From positions 1,088,001 to 1,152,000 of the forward strand of contig CAVRVY010000004.1 in the NCBI GenBank assembly GCA_963724765.1: a stretch of DNA of 64,000 nt, written 5' to 3'. The notes under the pieces are model-generated. The model was not told the DNA's origin. It saw only the letters and a list, made by a program, of their open reading frames with translations, and searched no databases. Position 1 is the stretch's first letter. Each line of letters begins with the position of its first letter. Origin of the DNA: an uncultured delta proteobacterium (GTDB lineage Bacteria; Desulfobacterota; Binatia; Binatales; Binataceae). The translations under genes and the position numbers were made by a program. Of the stretch, positions 1 through 10,502 are shown one piece after another.

Positions 1-435
1 CAGCGTTTAACATCCTCTGTCTACTGAGCCTACCGCTGGATGCCTGGTGCGCCTTTATTCTTGCCGCAACGTCACGAGACGTTACCTGGCTTCGCTACTC
101 GGTGGCTACATATTCGGCTTTTCGGCCTTTACCCTGGGACACTTGACGTTCGGCGATCTACCTCTGCTAATCGTGTTTCCAGTTCCACTGGCGATATATT
201 TTGCGGCGCGACGAATCGCAGACGAAATATCAGAACGTAAGTTCATCTGGCTGATTGCGTCGCTACTGCTGGCACAGTTCCTCCTTTCGCTCGAGATTTT
301 CGCGACAATGACGATGTTTGGTGCGATCGCCTTGGGCCTGGGACTTATGTTGGCGAACGACAGCCAGATCAAGAAACGCACGTTGGCATTGCTCAAACCC
401 CTGGCCAAAAGCTATGCGGCCACACTGATAGTGGT

Positions 436-469
436 TGGAGTTGACCCGGTTTCGTGGACAGTGGCGGAG
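436..469 (+). repeat. IS3 left inverted repeat
   Basis: Inverted match to 1664-1694. Confidence 0.9.
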
Positions 470-493
470 TGGGGAAAGTGAAGGAGAGCCACG

Positions 494-808
494 ATGCCCA
501 AGAGTCATGCACGGTATGCGCTGGAATACCGGCGCCGAATGGTGGAGCTGGCGCGGGCAGGGCGTAGTCCCGACGATCTCGCGAAGGAGTTCGAGCCGAC
601 CGCCCAGTCGATTCGCAACTGGGTGGCGCAGGCGGAGCGCGATGCGGGCCGTCGTCTTGATGGGCTGACCAGCGACGAGCGGCAGGAGCTTACCCGGCTG
701 CGGCGTGAGAACCGGGTGCTGCGCGAAGAGCGCGAGATACTATCAAAAGCCGCGGCCTGGTTCGCGACGGAGACCGGTTCGGTGCCGTCACGGCGTTCGA
801 ATTCGTGA
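494..808 (+). CDS. IS3 transposase OrfA (HTH + leucine zipper)
   Basis: RYALEYRRRMVEL...SIRNWV...ELTRLRRENRVLREEREILSKAAAWFA, with RBS AAGGAG upstream. Confidence 0.93.
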   Translation: MPKSHARYALEYRRRMVELARAGRSPDDLAKEFEPTAQSIRNWVAQAERDAGRRLDGLTSDERQELTRLRRENRVLREEREILSKAAAWFATETGSVPSRRSNS

Positions 809-1689
809 GCGCGAATCAGGCCATGTACCAGATTGCGACGATGTGCCGGGTGCTGGAGGTCTCCACCAGCGGATACTACGCGTGGTGCCAACGCTCGCCG
901 TCCGCGCGCGCCCAGGCGGACGCGGAACTCACTTCACGGATGAACGCGATTCATGAGAGATCGTACGGGACCTACGGCGCACCGCGCATTCACGCCGAAC
1001 TTGAGGCTGAAGGCATTCAAGTGGGGCGCAAGCGGGTGGCGCGGCTAATGCGCGCGGCAGGCTTGGCCGGCGTGAGCCGGCGCAAGTGGATAACCACCAC
1101 GATGCGTGACCGCAATGCGCGTCCGGCGCCGGACCTGGTCGAGCGCAACTTCATGGCGCCAGGACCGAATCGGTTGTGGGTGGCTGACATCACCTATATC
1201 CCGACCTGGGCTGGTTTCCTGTATCTCGCGGTAGTGTTGGACGCCTTCAGCCGCCGGATCGTGGGCTGGGCGATGGCGACTCATCTGCGCACCGAGCTGG
1301 TGCTCGAAGCACTGAACATGGCGCTGGCGCAGCGGCGGCCCGCCGGGGTGATCCATCATTCCGACCAAGGCACACAGTACACGTCGATCGCCTTCGGGAT
1401 ACGTTGCCGGGAGGCCGGCGCGCGACCCTCGATGGGCTCGGTCGGTGATTGCTTCGACAATGCCATGTGCGAGAGCTTTTTCGCTACGCTCGAATGCGAG
1501 CTGCTCGACCGCCGCCGTTTCCACACCCAAGCCGAGGCGCGCATGGCGGTCTTCGAGTTCATCGAGGGCTGGTACAATCCCCATCGCCGCCACTCCGCCC
1601 TCGACTATCTGTCGCCAATCAACTACGAAAGGAGCCACGACCCAGAGGAGTCAACCGCAAGCCCTCCGCCGTCCACTGAACCGGGGTAA
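805..1689 (+). CDS. IS3 transposase OrfB (rve/DDE integrase core)
   Basis: WVADITY, IHHSDQGTQY and DNAMCESFF motifs. GTGA overlap with the orfA stop, and an AAAAG slippery motif near 745. Confidence 0.95.
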   Translation: MSANQAMYQIATMCRVLEVSTSGYYAWCQRSPSARAQADAELTSRMNAIHERSYGTYGAPRIHAELEAEGIQVGRKRVARLMRAAGLAGVSRRKWITTTMRDRNARPAPDLVERNFMAPGPNRLWVADITYIPTWAGFLYLAVVLDAFSRRIVGWAMATHLRTELVLEALNMALAQRRPAGVIHHSDQGTQYTSIAFGIRCREAGARPSMGSVGDCFDNAMCESFFATLECELLDRRRFHTQAEARMAVFEFIEGWYNPHRRHSALDYLSPINYERSHDPEESTASPPPSTEPG

Positions 1690-1694
1690 CTCCA
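1664..1694 (-). repeat. IS3 right inverted repeat
   Basis: Inverted match to 436-469. Confidence 0.9.
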
Positions 1695-3256
1695 GGTAAG
1701 CCCTTACCTGTACTATTTCTTCGAGTCTGGTTTTACCTCAAGGTCGGTTTGGCCTCCTTCTTTCTTCAACGCTGACTTGCTGAACTTCATCGTTCCTACT
1801 CAAGCCAATGAATTGGGCCGCATTTCTCTCTTGAAATCAGTTTCCGTATGGTTCCCAGGGGGGAGCATCGCTGAAAACGGTGCCTGTCTGAGCTTGCCGC
1901 TCGTAGTGATCGCGGTGTTATATGCGCGACGGCATTGGCGGGAACCTCTTGGCAAGGTATTGACGGAGTTGCTAATCATATTTTGCGTCTTGTCGCTGGG
2001 ACCGATCCTGCATGTGGCAGGTCGCGAGCTTCCCAAGCTATTTACCGTGGCGGTTGCTTATGCAACTGCCGGTCGTCAACGACATCGTCACCGTGCGTCT
2101 AGCAATGTATGCTTTCCTGGATCTTGCCATCATCACATCATTATGGCTTTCCACAACTGACCTGGGATTTTCTTTGAAGTTGGCGGTTGTCTTCTTGGTC
2201 ATCGCCGCTAATACGCCCAACCTGTCTTCGGCCTTTTGGAACCAATCTGTCGATACTCCGTCATTCTTTCGCACAAACCTCTTTCAGAAATACTTGTCCA
2301 AGGGCGAAACGATCCTTGTGCTTCCATATGGAGATAACGGCAACGCCATGCTGTGGCAGGCTCAGGCGAGGATGTTCTTCGCAATGACGGGCGGAATGGC
2401 CCCTCCGGTCGACTCAGATAACCAATATAGATGGCCGATTTTTCCCGCGTTCGTAAAGCGATCCTGGATTCCCAACGCGCCCCAACAATTGAAGGCATTC
2501 CTTATCGCTCACGGAGTGGAAGTGGTCATAATCGAGACTGGGATGCCGCAACATGGCAACGGCTCTTTACTGCCTTGGGTATAGCGCCAATTTAGGGTGG
2601 GCGGAGTCTGGCTTTACAGGCTCGGCACCGAAACTGCCGCCGACCCCGAGGCTGCCCTGCTCGATATGAGAACCCGATTCGATACCGAGCGCCTGTCCGC
2701 TCTTGTGCGAGCTGCAGAAAAGTATCTGTCAGCTGGAGGCGCGCTCTCGTCCTTGACCATGGTTAGCGCGCTCGACCAAAAGCTGTTGGCTCACGATGAA
2801 TTGATCGGCCCATCGGCGCGGTTTGATGCCACCCTAGCTGCACGTCCAGCAATGGTCGATCCTCGATTTGTCTATGGAACGTGGTTGTCTTCGTGGCCCG
2901 GCGATCGCGTGGCCGTAGGAGAGTACGTATGGGATCCCAAACCGCTGATAGCAAGATTTCGCGGTGTCGCTAGAGAGGTATACTTTCCTTTCCCCAACAG
3001 GATATCGTCAGACACGCCACTGCCCGACACGCAAGCATACGGATTTCTGATGATGATCTTCGATCGCGCTCAACTGGTCCAGGCGGCTGAGTTGCTCAAA
3101 CCGCCGACGCCAGTGAGAACGTCTCCGGGTGTGGCTTCGGCCGCACCCGCACCGCTTGTGACCCGATAACAGCGAACAGCCTGGCGAGCGCTTCCGCTCA
3201 AATAACTGGAAGATGCTCTTTGATCGCGAGCAAAGCCGGACAAAGTCCTGACCCGA

Positions 3257-4840
3257 TCAGCGGCCGGCAACGCTCGCCACCGCCACGTTCGGGTGCTGTT
3301 CAGGCTCAGGCGCTTGCTCCGGTTCAATGCGGCGCGGGACCATCCGCGAGCCCTGCTCGGCGCCGCTTTCTTCTTCGAGGTATTGCGCGTCCGAGTTGAC
3401 CCGCCACAGATCGTAGGAGGCGCCCATGATGTTGCGGGCGGCCATCAGCCCGGTCATCATCGCATGGTCCTGATTGTTGTACTTGTGCATGCCGTTGCGG
3501 CCGACCAACTGCAGATTGGGTATCTCGCGCTCGATGAATTCCCGGATCACGTCGACCGCGCGGCGATAGTCTCCGTCGTAGACCGGATATGCCGCGCGCT
3601 GGCGCACCACCGTTCCGTCGGTCACCTGCGCTTCCTTGGCCAGCCCCAGTTTCGCCAGCTCGTGCGTGCCCAGCGCGACCAGGTCCGCGTCGGGCGCGCT
3701 CCACATCGAATCCGAATCAAAGCAGAAGTATTCCAGGCCCAACACGGTATAACGCGGGTCCGGGACCATCCCCGGACTCCAGTTCTTGAAGTTCTGGATG
3801 CGGCCGACGCTGACGCCGGGTTCGTGGATATAGATCCAGTTGTCAGGGAAAAGCTCCGGTTCGTCGATGATGAGCGCGACGGTTATGAAGTCGCGATACC
3901 GCAGACTGCGAGCCGCCTCGGCGACCGCGAGCGGCGCCGGCGGATCGAGCGCGCCGATAAGCTCCCGTATCGGCATGGTCGAGATGAAGTGGCTGCCGCT
4001 GTAGGTATGCCGGCCGTCGGCGGCGGCCGTAGTGACCGAGCTCACGCCGCCTTGCCCGCGTTGAATCGCGACCACCGATTCACCCATTTTGAGCGCGGCG
4101 CCACGGCTCTGTACGGTCTTTGCCAACTCCTCCCACATCTCGCCGGGACCGTGCAGCGGATAACGGAAGCGATCGATCAAAGTCTTGATCACCTGGCCGT
4201 TGCGCTTACCCAGTCCCAAGGCGCGGCGAATCAGCACGCGCATCGAGAGATCCTTGATGCGCTGGGCCGCCCAGTCGGCGCTGATCTCACTGCACGGGAT
4301 ACCCCAAACCTTCTCGGTGTAGCTGCGAAAGAAGGTCTCGTAGAGCCGCCGCCCGAAAGCGTTGACCACCCAGTCCTCGAAGCTGCGAATATCGCGCTTG
4401 GGCCGAACCCGAGCCGCCATGTAACTCAACATGCAGCCGGCTGACTGGAACAGGCCGAGTTGGCTCAGCGCGTCCCAGGTCTCGAGCGGATATTTGAAAA
4501 AACGGCCCCGATAGTAGATGCGCGAGAGCCGCTCACGCTCCAGCATCCGGTCGCCCAGGATATCGCCCCATAGTTTTTCGATCTCGGCGTTCTTGGAGAA
4601 AAACCGGTGACCGCCAATATCGAAGCGAAATCCCTTGTAGCTGACCGTGCGAGCGATGCCGCCGACATGCTGCGGATCCTGTTCCACCACCACCACCGGC
4701 CGTCCGGCTGCTGAAAGCTCATGCGCCGCGGTGAGACCGGCGGGGCCTGCCCCGATGATGACAGTGGCGTCAGCGGCACCGAGGGCCGTCGATTCCGCGC
4801 GCGCGGACTCCGCCGCTCCCCTCTTCTTCTGTGCACTCAT
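3257..4840 (-). CDS. NAD(P)/FAD-dependent oxidoreductase (HemY/UDP-galactopyranose-mutase-like superfamily, typically found near glycosylation genes)
   Basis: IIGAGPAGLTAA Rossmann motif, FDIGGHRFFSK and GRNGMHKYNNQDHAM. Confidence 0.85.
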   Translation of the reverse strand: MSAQKKRGAAESARAESTALGAADATVIIGAGPAGLTAAHELSAAGRPVVVVEQDPQHVGGIARTVSYKGFRFDIGGHRFFSKNAEIEKLWGDILGDRMLERERLSRIYYRGRFFKYPLETWDALSQLGLFQSAGCMLSYMAARVRPKRDIRSFEDWVVNAFGRRLYETFFRSYTEKVWGIPCSEISADWAAQRIKDLSMRVLIRRALGLGKRNGQVIKTLIDRFRYPLHGPGEMWEELAKTVQSRGAALKMGESVVAIQRGQGGVSSVTTAAADGRHTYSGSHFISTMPIRELIGALDPPAPLAVAEAARSLRYRDFITVALIIDEPELFPDNWIYIHEPGVSVGRIQNFKNWSPGMVPDPRYTVLGLEYFCFDSDSMWSAPDADLVALGTHELAKLGLAKEAQVTDGTVVRQRAAYPVYDGDYRRAVDVIREFIEREIPNLQLVGRNGMHKYNNQDHAMMTGLMAARNIMGASYDLWRVNSDAQYLEEESGAEQGSRMVPRRIEPEQAPEPEQHPNVAVASVAGR

Positions 4841-5024
4841 ATTGTGTTCAGCTTAGCCCAAGACGCTGATACGATACAACACACGGTTTAACATGCTTAC
4901 GCACGGTTCAGCGGAGAGAACAAGCTTTCGGCGGTGATTGCGTAAGGAAGCCGGCGACAAGGGCCAGGCCGCGCTTCAGCGCTGACTCCAAACGCGCTAT
5001 GGGAATGACACAGGACCAGCGAGC

Positions 5025-6152
5025 GTGCGCAACATGCGAGTGATTGACGGAGACAGCCACTTTATCGAGCCGCTCGATCTGTTCGAGCGTTATATCGATC
5101 CGGCCTACCGCGACCGCACCGTCCGCGTCGATGTCGATTCCAGTGGCCGCGTCGCCGGCCTAATCGTCGACAACCGGCCGATGCGCATGGCCGACCTCGA
5201 CGAGCTGATGAGCGCCTGCGCCGGGTACGGGCAAAAGGAAGAGGGCCGCAGTATCAGCGACTTCGACCTCTACCGTATCGCGAGCCAAAAGTGGCAGGAC
5301 ATGGACCTGCGCATCGGCTACCTCGACCAGGAAGGCTTCGCCGTGCAGGTGCTCTATCCCACGATGGGACTCTTGTGGGAAAGCTCGGTCGAGGACGCAC
5401 AACTGGCCGACGCGCTCTGCCGCGCGTACAACACCTGGGCCTTCGAACTGGTGGCCGGCCACAAGGATCGATTGTTTCCGGCCGCGCATATCTCGATGCG
5501 CGACGCGGCGCTGGCCGTGCGCGAGATGGCGCGGGTCGCCAGGCTTGGATGCCGCACTGTCTTCGTCGGCGCGGCGCCGATCGGCGGGCGCAGCTTTGGC
5601 AACCCGGACTTCGATCCAATCTGGGCCGCGGCGCAGGAGCTCGACCTGGCCATCGGCATCCATCTCGTCGGCCATCCAAACTATACCGGCAGCCAGTGGT
5701 ACCGCACCGGCAATCCCGGCTTCATGTACATCACGATGATGAACGTGCAGGACCCGCGTATCGCGCTGACCTCGATGATGTACGACGGGGTGTTTGAGCG
5801 CTTCCCGCGCCTGCGCGTCGGCACGATCGAGTCGATGGCCGGATGGGTCGGCGAATGGCTCGAGCGGGTCGACTACCGTTACAAGTACCTCGGGCACACC
5901 TCGCGGATGAGGCATTCGGCGGCCGAGTATTTCGCGCGCAACATCTGGGTCAGCGCCAATCCTGAGGAGCGGATGTTCCCGCTGATAGTGGGCTTTGCCG
6001 GTGACGATCGCTTCTTCATCGGCTCGGACTACCCGCACGCCGAAGGCTTCGTGCATCCGGTGCGCGCCACGCGCGAACTGCTGGGCGCGTTGCCGGAGCG
6101 CTCGGTCGAAAAGATCCTGTGCGACAACACCGCCGCATTTTACCATATCTGA
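5025..6152 (+). CDS. Amidohydrolase family protein (Amidohydro_2-like)
   Basis: IDGDSHFIEP, GVFERFPRLR and GSDYPHAEG motifs. Confidence 0.88.
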   Translation: MRNMRVIDGDSHFIEPLDLFERYIDPAYRDRTVRVDVDSSGRVAGLIVDNRPMRMADLDELMSACAGYGQKEEGRSISDFDLYRIASQKWQDMDLRIGYLDQEGFAVQVLYPTMGLLWESSVEDAQLADALCRAYNTWAFELVAGHKDRLFPAAHISMRDAALAVREMARVARLGCRTVFVGAAPIGGRSFGNPDFDPIWAAAQELDLAIGIHLVGHPNYTGSQWYRTGNPGFMYITMMNVQDPRIALTSMMYDGVFERFPRLRVGTIESMAGWVGEWLERVDYRYKYLGHTSRMRHSAAEYFARNIWVSANPEERMFPLIVGFAGDDRFFIGSDYPHAEGFVHPVRATRELLGALPERSVEKILCDNTAAFYHI

Positions 6153-6185
6153 AGCGCCAGCCAGGCCCGGAGGAAAAAAGCCGTC

Positions 6186-7040
6186 ATGGCAACGAACGTT
6201 TCGGTATGCCTGTCGTTCGATTTCGACGCGATCTCGTTATGGCTCGGGAGCCTGAACGCGACTTCGCCCAGCGCAATCTCGCGCGGCGAGTTCGGCGCCG
6301 TCGCGACCGAGCGGCTGCTGGAAATGCTCGCGCGATGGGACATCAAATCGACCTGGTTCATTCCCGGCCACACCATCGATACCTATCCCGAACTGGTGCG
6401 CCGGGTGGCCGATGCGGGACATGAAATCGGCCATCACAACTACTGCCACGAAAATCCAATCTCGCTCTCGCTCGATCAGGAAAAGCGCGTGCTCGACCGC
6501 GGCACCGATACCATCCGGCGCGTCACAGGAAAGCCGCCGGAGGGATTTCGCTCGCCGGCCTGGGACTTGAGTCCGCACTCGCTCAGCCTGCTGCTCGAGC
6601 GCGGCTTCCTCTACGACAGCAGCCTGATGGGCAACGACTACACGCCCTACTACTGCCGCATCGGCGACGTTCCGGCCAAGGACGGCCCCTACGTCTTCGG
6701 GCGCGAGGTCGAGATGGTGGAGCTGCCGGTGACCTGGGGACTCGACGATTTCCCCGCTTTCGAGTGGCTCTACGGCGTGAACCAGGGGCTCGCGTCACCG
6801 TCGCAGGTTTACGAACGATGGGCTGGCGATTTCGACTACCTGTGTGAGTTCGTTGGCGAGGGCGTGTATTGTCTGACGATGCATCCGCAGGTCATCGGCC
6901 GCGGCCATCGTCTGCTGATGCTCAACCGGCTGGTGGAGCATATGAAGGCGCGTACCGGCGTGAGGTTCAGCACGATGGCCGACGTCGCGCGCGAGTGGAA
7001 ACGCAAACATCCGCTCAAGGATACGCGCACCTCGCGATGA
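6186..7040 (+). CDS. Polysaccharide deacetylase (CE4, PuuE/PgdA-like)
   Basis: SFDFDA, HEIGHHNYCHE, GFRSPAW, YDSSLMG and TMHPQVIGR motifs. Confidence 0.9.
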   Translation: MATNVSVCLSFDFDAISLWLGSLNATSPSAISRGEFGAVATERLLEMLARWDIKSTWFIPGHTIDTYPELVRRVADAGHEIGHHNYCHENPISLSLDQEKRVLDRGTDTIRRVTGKPPEGFRSPAWDLSPHSLSLLLERGFLYDSSLMGNDYTPYYCRIGDVPAKDGPYVFGREVEMVELPVTWGLDDFPAFEWLYGVNQGLASPSQVYERWAGDFDYLCEFVGEGVYCLTMHPQVIGRGHRLLMLNRLVEHMKARTGVRFSTMADVAREWKRKHPLKDTRTSR

Positions 7041-7058
7041 GTACGCATAGGAAATAAA

Positions 7059-7292
7059 ATGGGCGCGGCGATGCAGCTCTATGCCGGCTTCGCGTTGCTG
7101 GTGATCGCGATCGTGGCGATCATCGTGCTCGCGGCGCTCATCAGCAATCTGATAGGCGCGGTGCGGCGACGATTCGGGAGGACTCGACGAGTCGCAGGGA
7201 CTCGCGCACACGACGATTTCTCCAAGCCCGCGGCACCCTCGCGCCCCGCCGCACCCACATTACATTCGAAAGATCCGCCCGCCTCTCGCTGA
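7059..7292 (+). CDS. Small single-TM hypothetical protein
   Basis: Hydrophobic N-terminal helix followed by an RRR stop-transfer. Follows the deacetylase closely. Confidence 0.45.
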   Translation: MGAAMQLYAGFALLVIAIVAIIVLAALISNLIGAVRRRFGRTRRVAGTRAHDDFSKPAAPSRPAAPTLHSKDPPASR

Positions 7293-7557
7293 GCCGGCCC
7301 CCGGCGCGCGACAGCCGCCGCCTAGCTCGACAAGAGCAATCCGTCCTCGATGATTCTTTTTTCCGTGGCGGGAACAAATATGCGAGTGCAATGAGCGGCT
7401 ACGAGACTCATGGCGCGCAATTAAAACAAGTTATGCCTAATGAGGATGTTGTAAGCGTCGATGGAAATTATCGTCGTGCGCGGCCATTTAACGCAAAAAA
7501 TATTTGCGCTTGCAGGCAGGAACCGGGCAAACTTAGCCGCGGGGGGGCCCGCGTTCG

Positions 7558-9228
7558 ATGGACGAGGAGGTACGCTTCCGTCTGCTCTACGATCTCGGCT
7601 GCGCATTCGCCGCGCGAATCGAGATCGATCAACTGATCCCCTTGGTGGTGACCAAGTGCCGCGAAGCGCTGGACGCCGAGGGCGCTTCGGTCCTGCTGCT
7701 GGACGACGATCGCAAAGAGCTCTACTTCCCCTATAACTCCGAGGAAGACCCCGAGATCGCAGAGCGCCTCGTGCGTCTGCGCTTTTCGGCCGAGCTCGGA
7801 ATCGCCGCCGCCGCCTTGAAGAGCGGCAAGGCGCTGGTGGTCAACGACGCGCAGAACGATCCCCGCCTTTACCACGGGATCGACAAAATGACCGGACTGG
7901 TCACCCGCAACGTGCTTGCCGCGCCGCTGTCGACACGCCAGGGAACTATCGGCGTGGTCGAGGTGGTGAACGGGCGCGGCGCGGAGGGATTCACCGAGGG
8001 TGACCTGTCGTTCCTCGAGGCCATCTCGGGCAGCATCGCGATCGCGATCGAGAATGCGCGGCTCTATACCCAGGTGCGCGAGTCCGAGGCCAGCCTGCAA
8101 ACCCAGGTCGGGGCGTTGCGCCGCGACCTGGCCCGTCACGACGCCTTTACTGAAATCGTCGGCACCGGGCCGGCGATGGCGGAGGTGCTGCGGCTGATGG
8201 AGACCGCTGCCGCGTCGTCGATAACGGTGCTCATCCATGGCGAGACCGGCACCGGCAAGGAACTGGTCGCACGCGGACTGCATCGCGCCAGCGCGCGCAG
8301 CGACCATCCGTTTCTCGCGCTCAATTGCGCCGCGATGCCCGAGCCGCTGCTCGAGAGCGAACTCTTCGGCCATCGGCGCGGCGCGTTTACCGGCGCGATC
8401 CGCGACAACCCCGGACTGTTCCGTGCGGCCGCGGGCGGGGTGGTCTTTCTCGACGAGGTCGCCGACATGCCGTTGCCGATGCAGGCCAAGCTGCTGCGCG
8501 TGCTCGAGGAACAGGAAGTCGTGCCCTTGGGTGACAGCTTTCCGCGCAAGGTCGACGTGCGCGTATTGTCGGCGACCAACCGCGATCTCAGAGCGGAGGT
8601 GGCGGCCGGCAGGTTCCGCGAGGATTTGTACTATCGGCTCGCGGTTTTTCCGATTGCGTTGCCGCCGCTGCGGGACCGGCGCGAGGACATCCCGCTGTTG
8701 GCCACGCGCTTTCTCGCCATCGCAACCGAGCAGCAGCGCAAGCCCATCGCCGGTCTCGAACCGGCCGCTCTCGAGCTGCTGACGAAATACGGATGGCCCG
8801 GCAACGTACGTGAACTGCGCAACGAAATCGAGCGCGCGGTGGCGCTGGCGCGATCGAGCGCGAGCGTGGCGCCCGAGCATCTCTCCGCGCCCGTGCGCGC
8901 CCAGGGCGAACTCAACCATGGCGCGCCGACCAATCATGCGGAGCCCGGCCGCGCCAGTCGAGTCACCGCGGCAGCGGCGGCCGTCCAGGCGGCGGCCGCC
9001 CGGGCACCGGCTCGAAGCCAAGAGGCCAAGGGCCAGGAAGCCGAGGGCCAGGAACCTACGGGCGAGGACGCCAAGAGTCCGCTGCGCCGGGCGCGCGCGG
9101 CGTTCGAGACGAATTTCATCGCCAAGGTGCTCGACGAGCATCGAGGCAACGTGTCGCGCGCGGCCATCGCTCTGGGGCTCTCGCGCGCCTCGCTGCAGAA
9201 GAAAATGAAGGAGTACGGCTTGCGCTAA
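7558..9228 (+). CDS. GAF-domain sigma54-dependent enhancer-binding activator (Fis-type HTH)
   Basis: N-terminal GAF, Walker [28 protein letters not shown] and C-terminal [20 protein letters not shown]. Confidence 0.94.
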   Translation: MDEEVRFRLLYDLGCAFAARIEIDQLIPLVVTKCREALDAEGASVLLLDDDRKELYFPYNSEEDPEIAERLVRLRFSAELGIAAAALKSGKALVVNDAQNDPRLYHGIDKMTGLVTRNVLAAPLSTRQGTIGVVEVVNGRGAEGFTEGDLSFLEAISGSIAIAIENARLYTQVRESEASLQTQVGALRRDLARHDAFTEIVGTGPAMAEVLRLMETAAASSITVLIHGETGTGKELVARGLHRASARSDHPFLALNCAAMPEPLLESELFGHRRGAFTGAIRDNPGLFRAAAGGVVFLDEVADMPLPMQAKLLRVLEEQEVVPLGDSFPRKVDVRVLSATNRDLRAEVAAGRFREDLYYRLAVFPIALPPLRDRREDIPLLATRFLAIATEQQRKPIAGLEPAALELLTKYGWPGNVRELRNEIERAVALARSSASVAPEHLSAPVRAQGELNHGAPTNHAEPGRASRVTAAAAAVQAAAARAPARSQEAKGQEAEGQEPTGEDAKSPLRRARAAFETNFIAKVLDEHRGNVSRAAIALGLSRASLQKKMKEYGLR

Positions 9229-9348
9229 GTTGGCAGTGCCAAGATTAGTGGCATGCGACGGACACAAATGTATCCAGTCGAGATCCTCTGGAGGACAAAT
9301 ATAACTGAGAGATCAAGGATTTAGGCGAATCGAATATTGATCGATAAA

Positions 9349-9364
9349 TGGCATTCGTTTTGCT
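9349..9364 (+). promoter_or_regulatory. Candidate sigma54 -24/-12 promoter
   Basis: TGGCATTCGTTTTGCT (GG-N10-GC), ~130 bp upstream of the receiver gene. Confidence 0.65.
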
Positions 9365-9494
9365 GTTGGGATGGGAGGGACGTCGGTGACTGTGACAATC
9401 GAGGGGGGCTGGTTGGGCGGGGTGGCGACCGTTAAATTCCGACGTTCGGCGAGGCGCAAACTCCGTGCATAACGAAAAGGATCAGGGGGACCCC

Positions 9495-9989
9495 ATGGGC
9501 GTCGGCTCTTCAAATAGTGGCGGTGGGCGGGAGATTCGGGAACTGGAACGCGGCCAGTGGGTGGTCGAACTATGTCGTACCAAACAACCTCGACTGCGAG
9601 TGCTGGTGGTCGAGGATGAACCCGATGCGCAAACCTTGCTGAGATTCATCCTCGAGCCCAGGTACGAAGTCATCACCGCTTCCTCGGGCGAAGAAATGCG
9701 CCGTCAGCTCGAGGCTTATCCCGAGCGCCTGAGCCTGGTCCTGATGGACCTTAAGCTGGAGGGCGACGAAGATGGAGTGACGCTCACCCGGCATCTGCGC
9801 GGCGAAGACCGCTGGAAAGGCATCCCGATCGTCGCGCTTACCGCCTGCTCGACCGGCGATGACTTGCGCCGTGCGATCGAGGCCGGATGCGACGACTACG
9901 TGCCCAAGCCGTTCTACCGCAAGCAGCTCACGGCGCTGGTTGAACGCCTAATCGATAATTCTCAGCGCTGCGAGGATTCCGGCTCGTAG
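9495..9989 (+). CDS. Stand-alone response regulator receiver (CheY/DivK-like)
   Basis: VLVVEDE, LVLMDLKL, IPIVALTA and CDDYVPKPF motifs. Start is uncertain (9465 or 9495). Confidence 0.88.
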   Translation: MGVGSSNSGGGREIRELERGQWVVELCRTKQPRLRVLVVEDEPDAQTLLRFILEPRYEVITASSGEEMRRQLEAYPERLSLVLMDLKLEGDEDGVTLTRHLRGEDRWKGIPIVALTACSTGDDLRRAIEAGCDDYVPKPFYRKQLTALVERLIDNSQRCEDSGS

Positions 9990-10217
9990 CAGACCTACAG
10001 GAACCTAACCGCCGACTCCCCTTCCCGCTGCAGCAAGGGGAGTGAAGAGGTTCTGGTTCCGTTCTCGTTTTTCTGCCGGGCATTTGTAGGGGCCGTTCCG
10101 TGAACGGCCCCCCTTTTCATGCCGGGCGGACTTGATGGTGTTCTTCGTCTGATTGACTTGGACTCGACTCCCGCATTCGTGAGGGATGTCGACAAACACA
10201 AAAAATCGCTCTGCGTC

Positions 10218-10318
10218 GATTCTTCACTTCGGAAGCCTTCGTTCAGGACGACATCACAAAGGCTCCCTCTGTGTCATCCTGAGCGTCAGCCAAGGATCCT
10301 CCGCGAAGCGATGGATCT
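10218..10318. repeat. REP-like inverted intergenic repeat pair
   Basis: CGTTCAGGACGACA (10240-10253) is inverted to TGTCATCCTGAGCG (10272-10285), 12/14 with both mismatches G-U compatible. Resembles GTCATCCTGAGCG...GGATCT-type extragenic palindromes. Confidence 0.5.
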
Positions 10319-10502
10319 TTTTTCCCGCATTTATCCAATCCGTACATAACGCCTGAACGTGACACTTGTACGTAACGCAGAAGTGAATTCCCGACCCCAA
10401 CATTTCGCGGGCGGGTGATTTCTGTTGGCGTTTGGACGGCCCGCCAATCCGGCGGACTTGAACGCGAGCGAGGGCTGTTCTAAAAGAGATCGACGCGGCG
10501 AT

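Larger units (their letters stand above)
436..1694 (+). mobile_element. IS3-family insertion sequence, 1259 bp
   Basis: TG...CA ends. Terminal IRs TGGAGTTGACCCGGTTTCGTGGAC vs TGGAGTTACCCCGGTTCAGTGGAC match 20/24. A 3-bp target duplication GGT sits at 433-435 and 1695-1697. orfA and orfB are in a -1 arrangement. Confidence 0.96.
1..3169 (+). pseudogene. Multi-TM membrane protein (GT-C/YfhO-like glycosyltransferase appearance), 5' part outside the window, disrupted by IS3 and several indels
   Basis: Hydrophobic fragments at 47-435, 1698-2040, 2012-2584 and 2597-3169. Removing the IS and one GGT copy restores an in-frame join (...ATA GTG GT|A AGC CCT TAC = IVVSPYLYYFF...DLLNFIVPT). Additional frame breaks lie near 61, ~2040 and 2535-2592. 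Confidence 0.7.

Noticed and set aside
9019-9066. Degenerate 15-bp repeats ([15 protein letters not shown]) in the activator
   Set aside because: This is a low-complexity linker between the AAA and HTH domains, with no evidence of a separate function.
7468-9267. Long antisense ORFs (e.g. 599 aa here, also 3293-4444, 36379-37548, 39976-41004)
   Set aside because: These are shadow ORFs typical of high-GC coding DNA, lying opposite well-supported genes and lacking motifs.
10426-10441. GG-N10-GC upstream of the Cys-rich operon (TGGCGTTTGGACGGCC) as a sigma54 promoter
   Set aside because: It lacks the conserved CAC and TTGC context and is expected by chance at this GC content.
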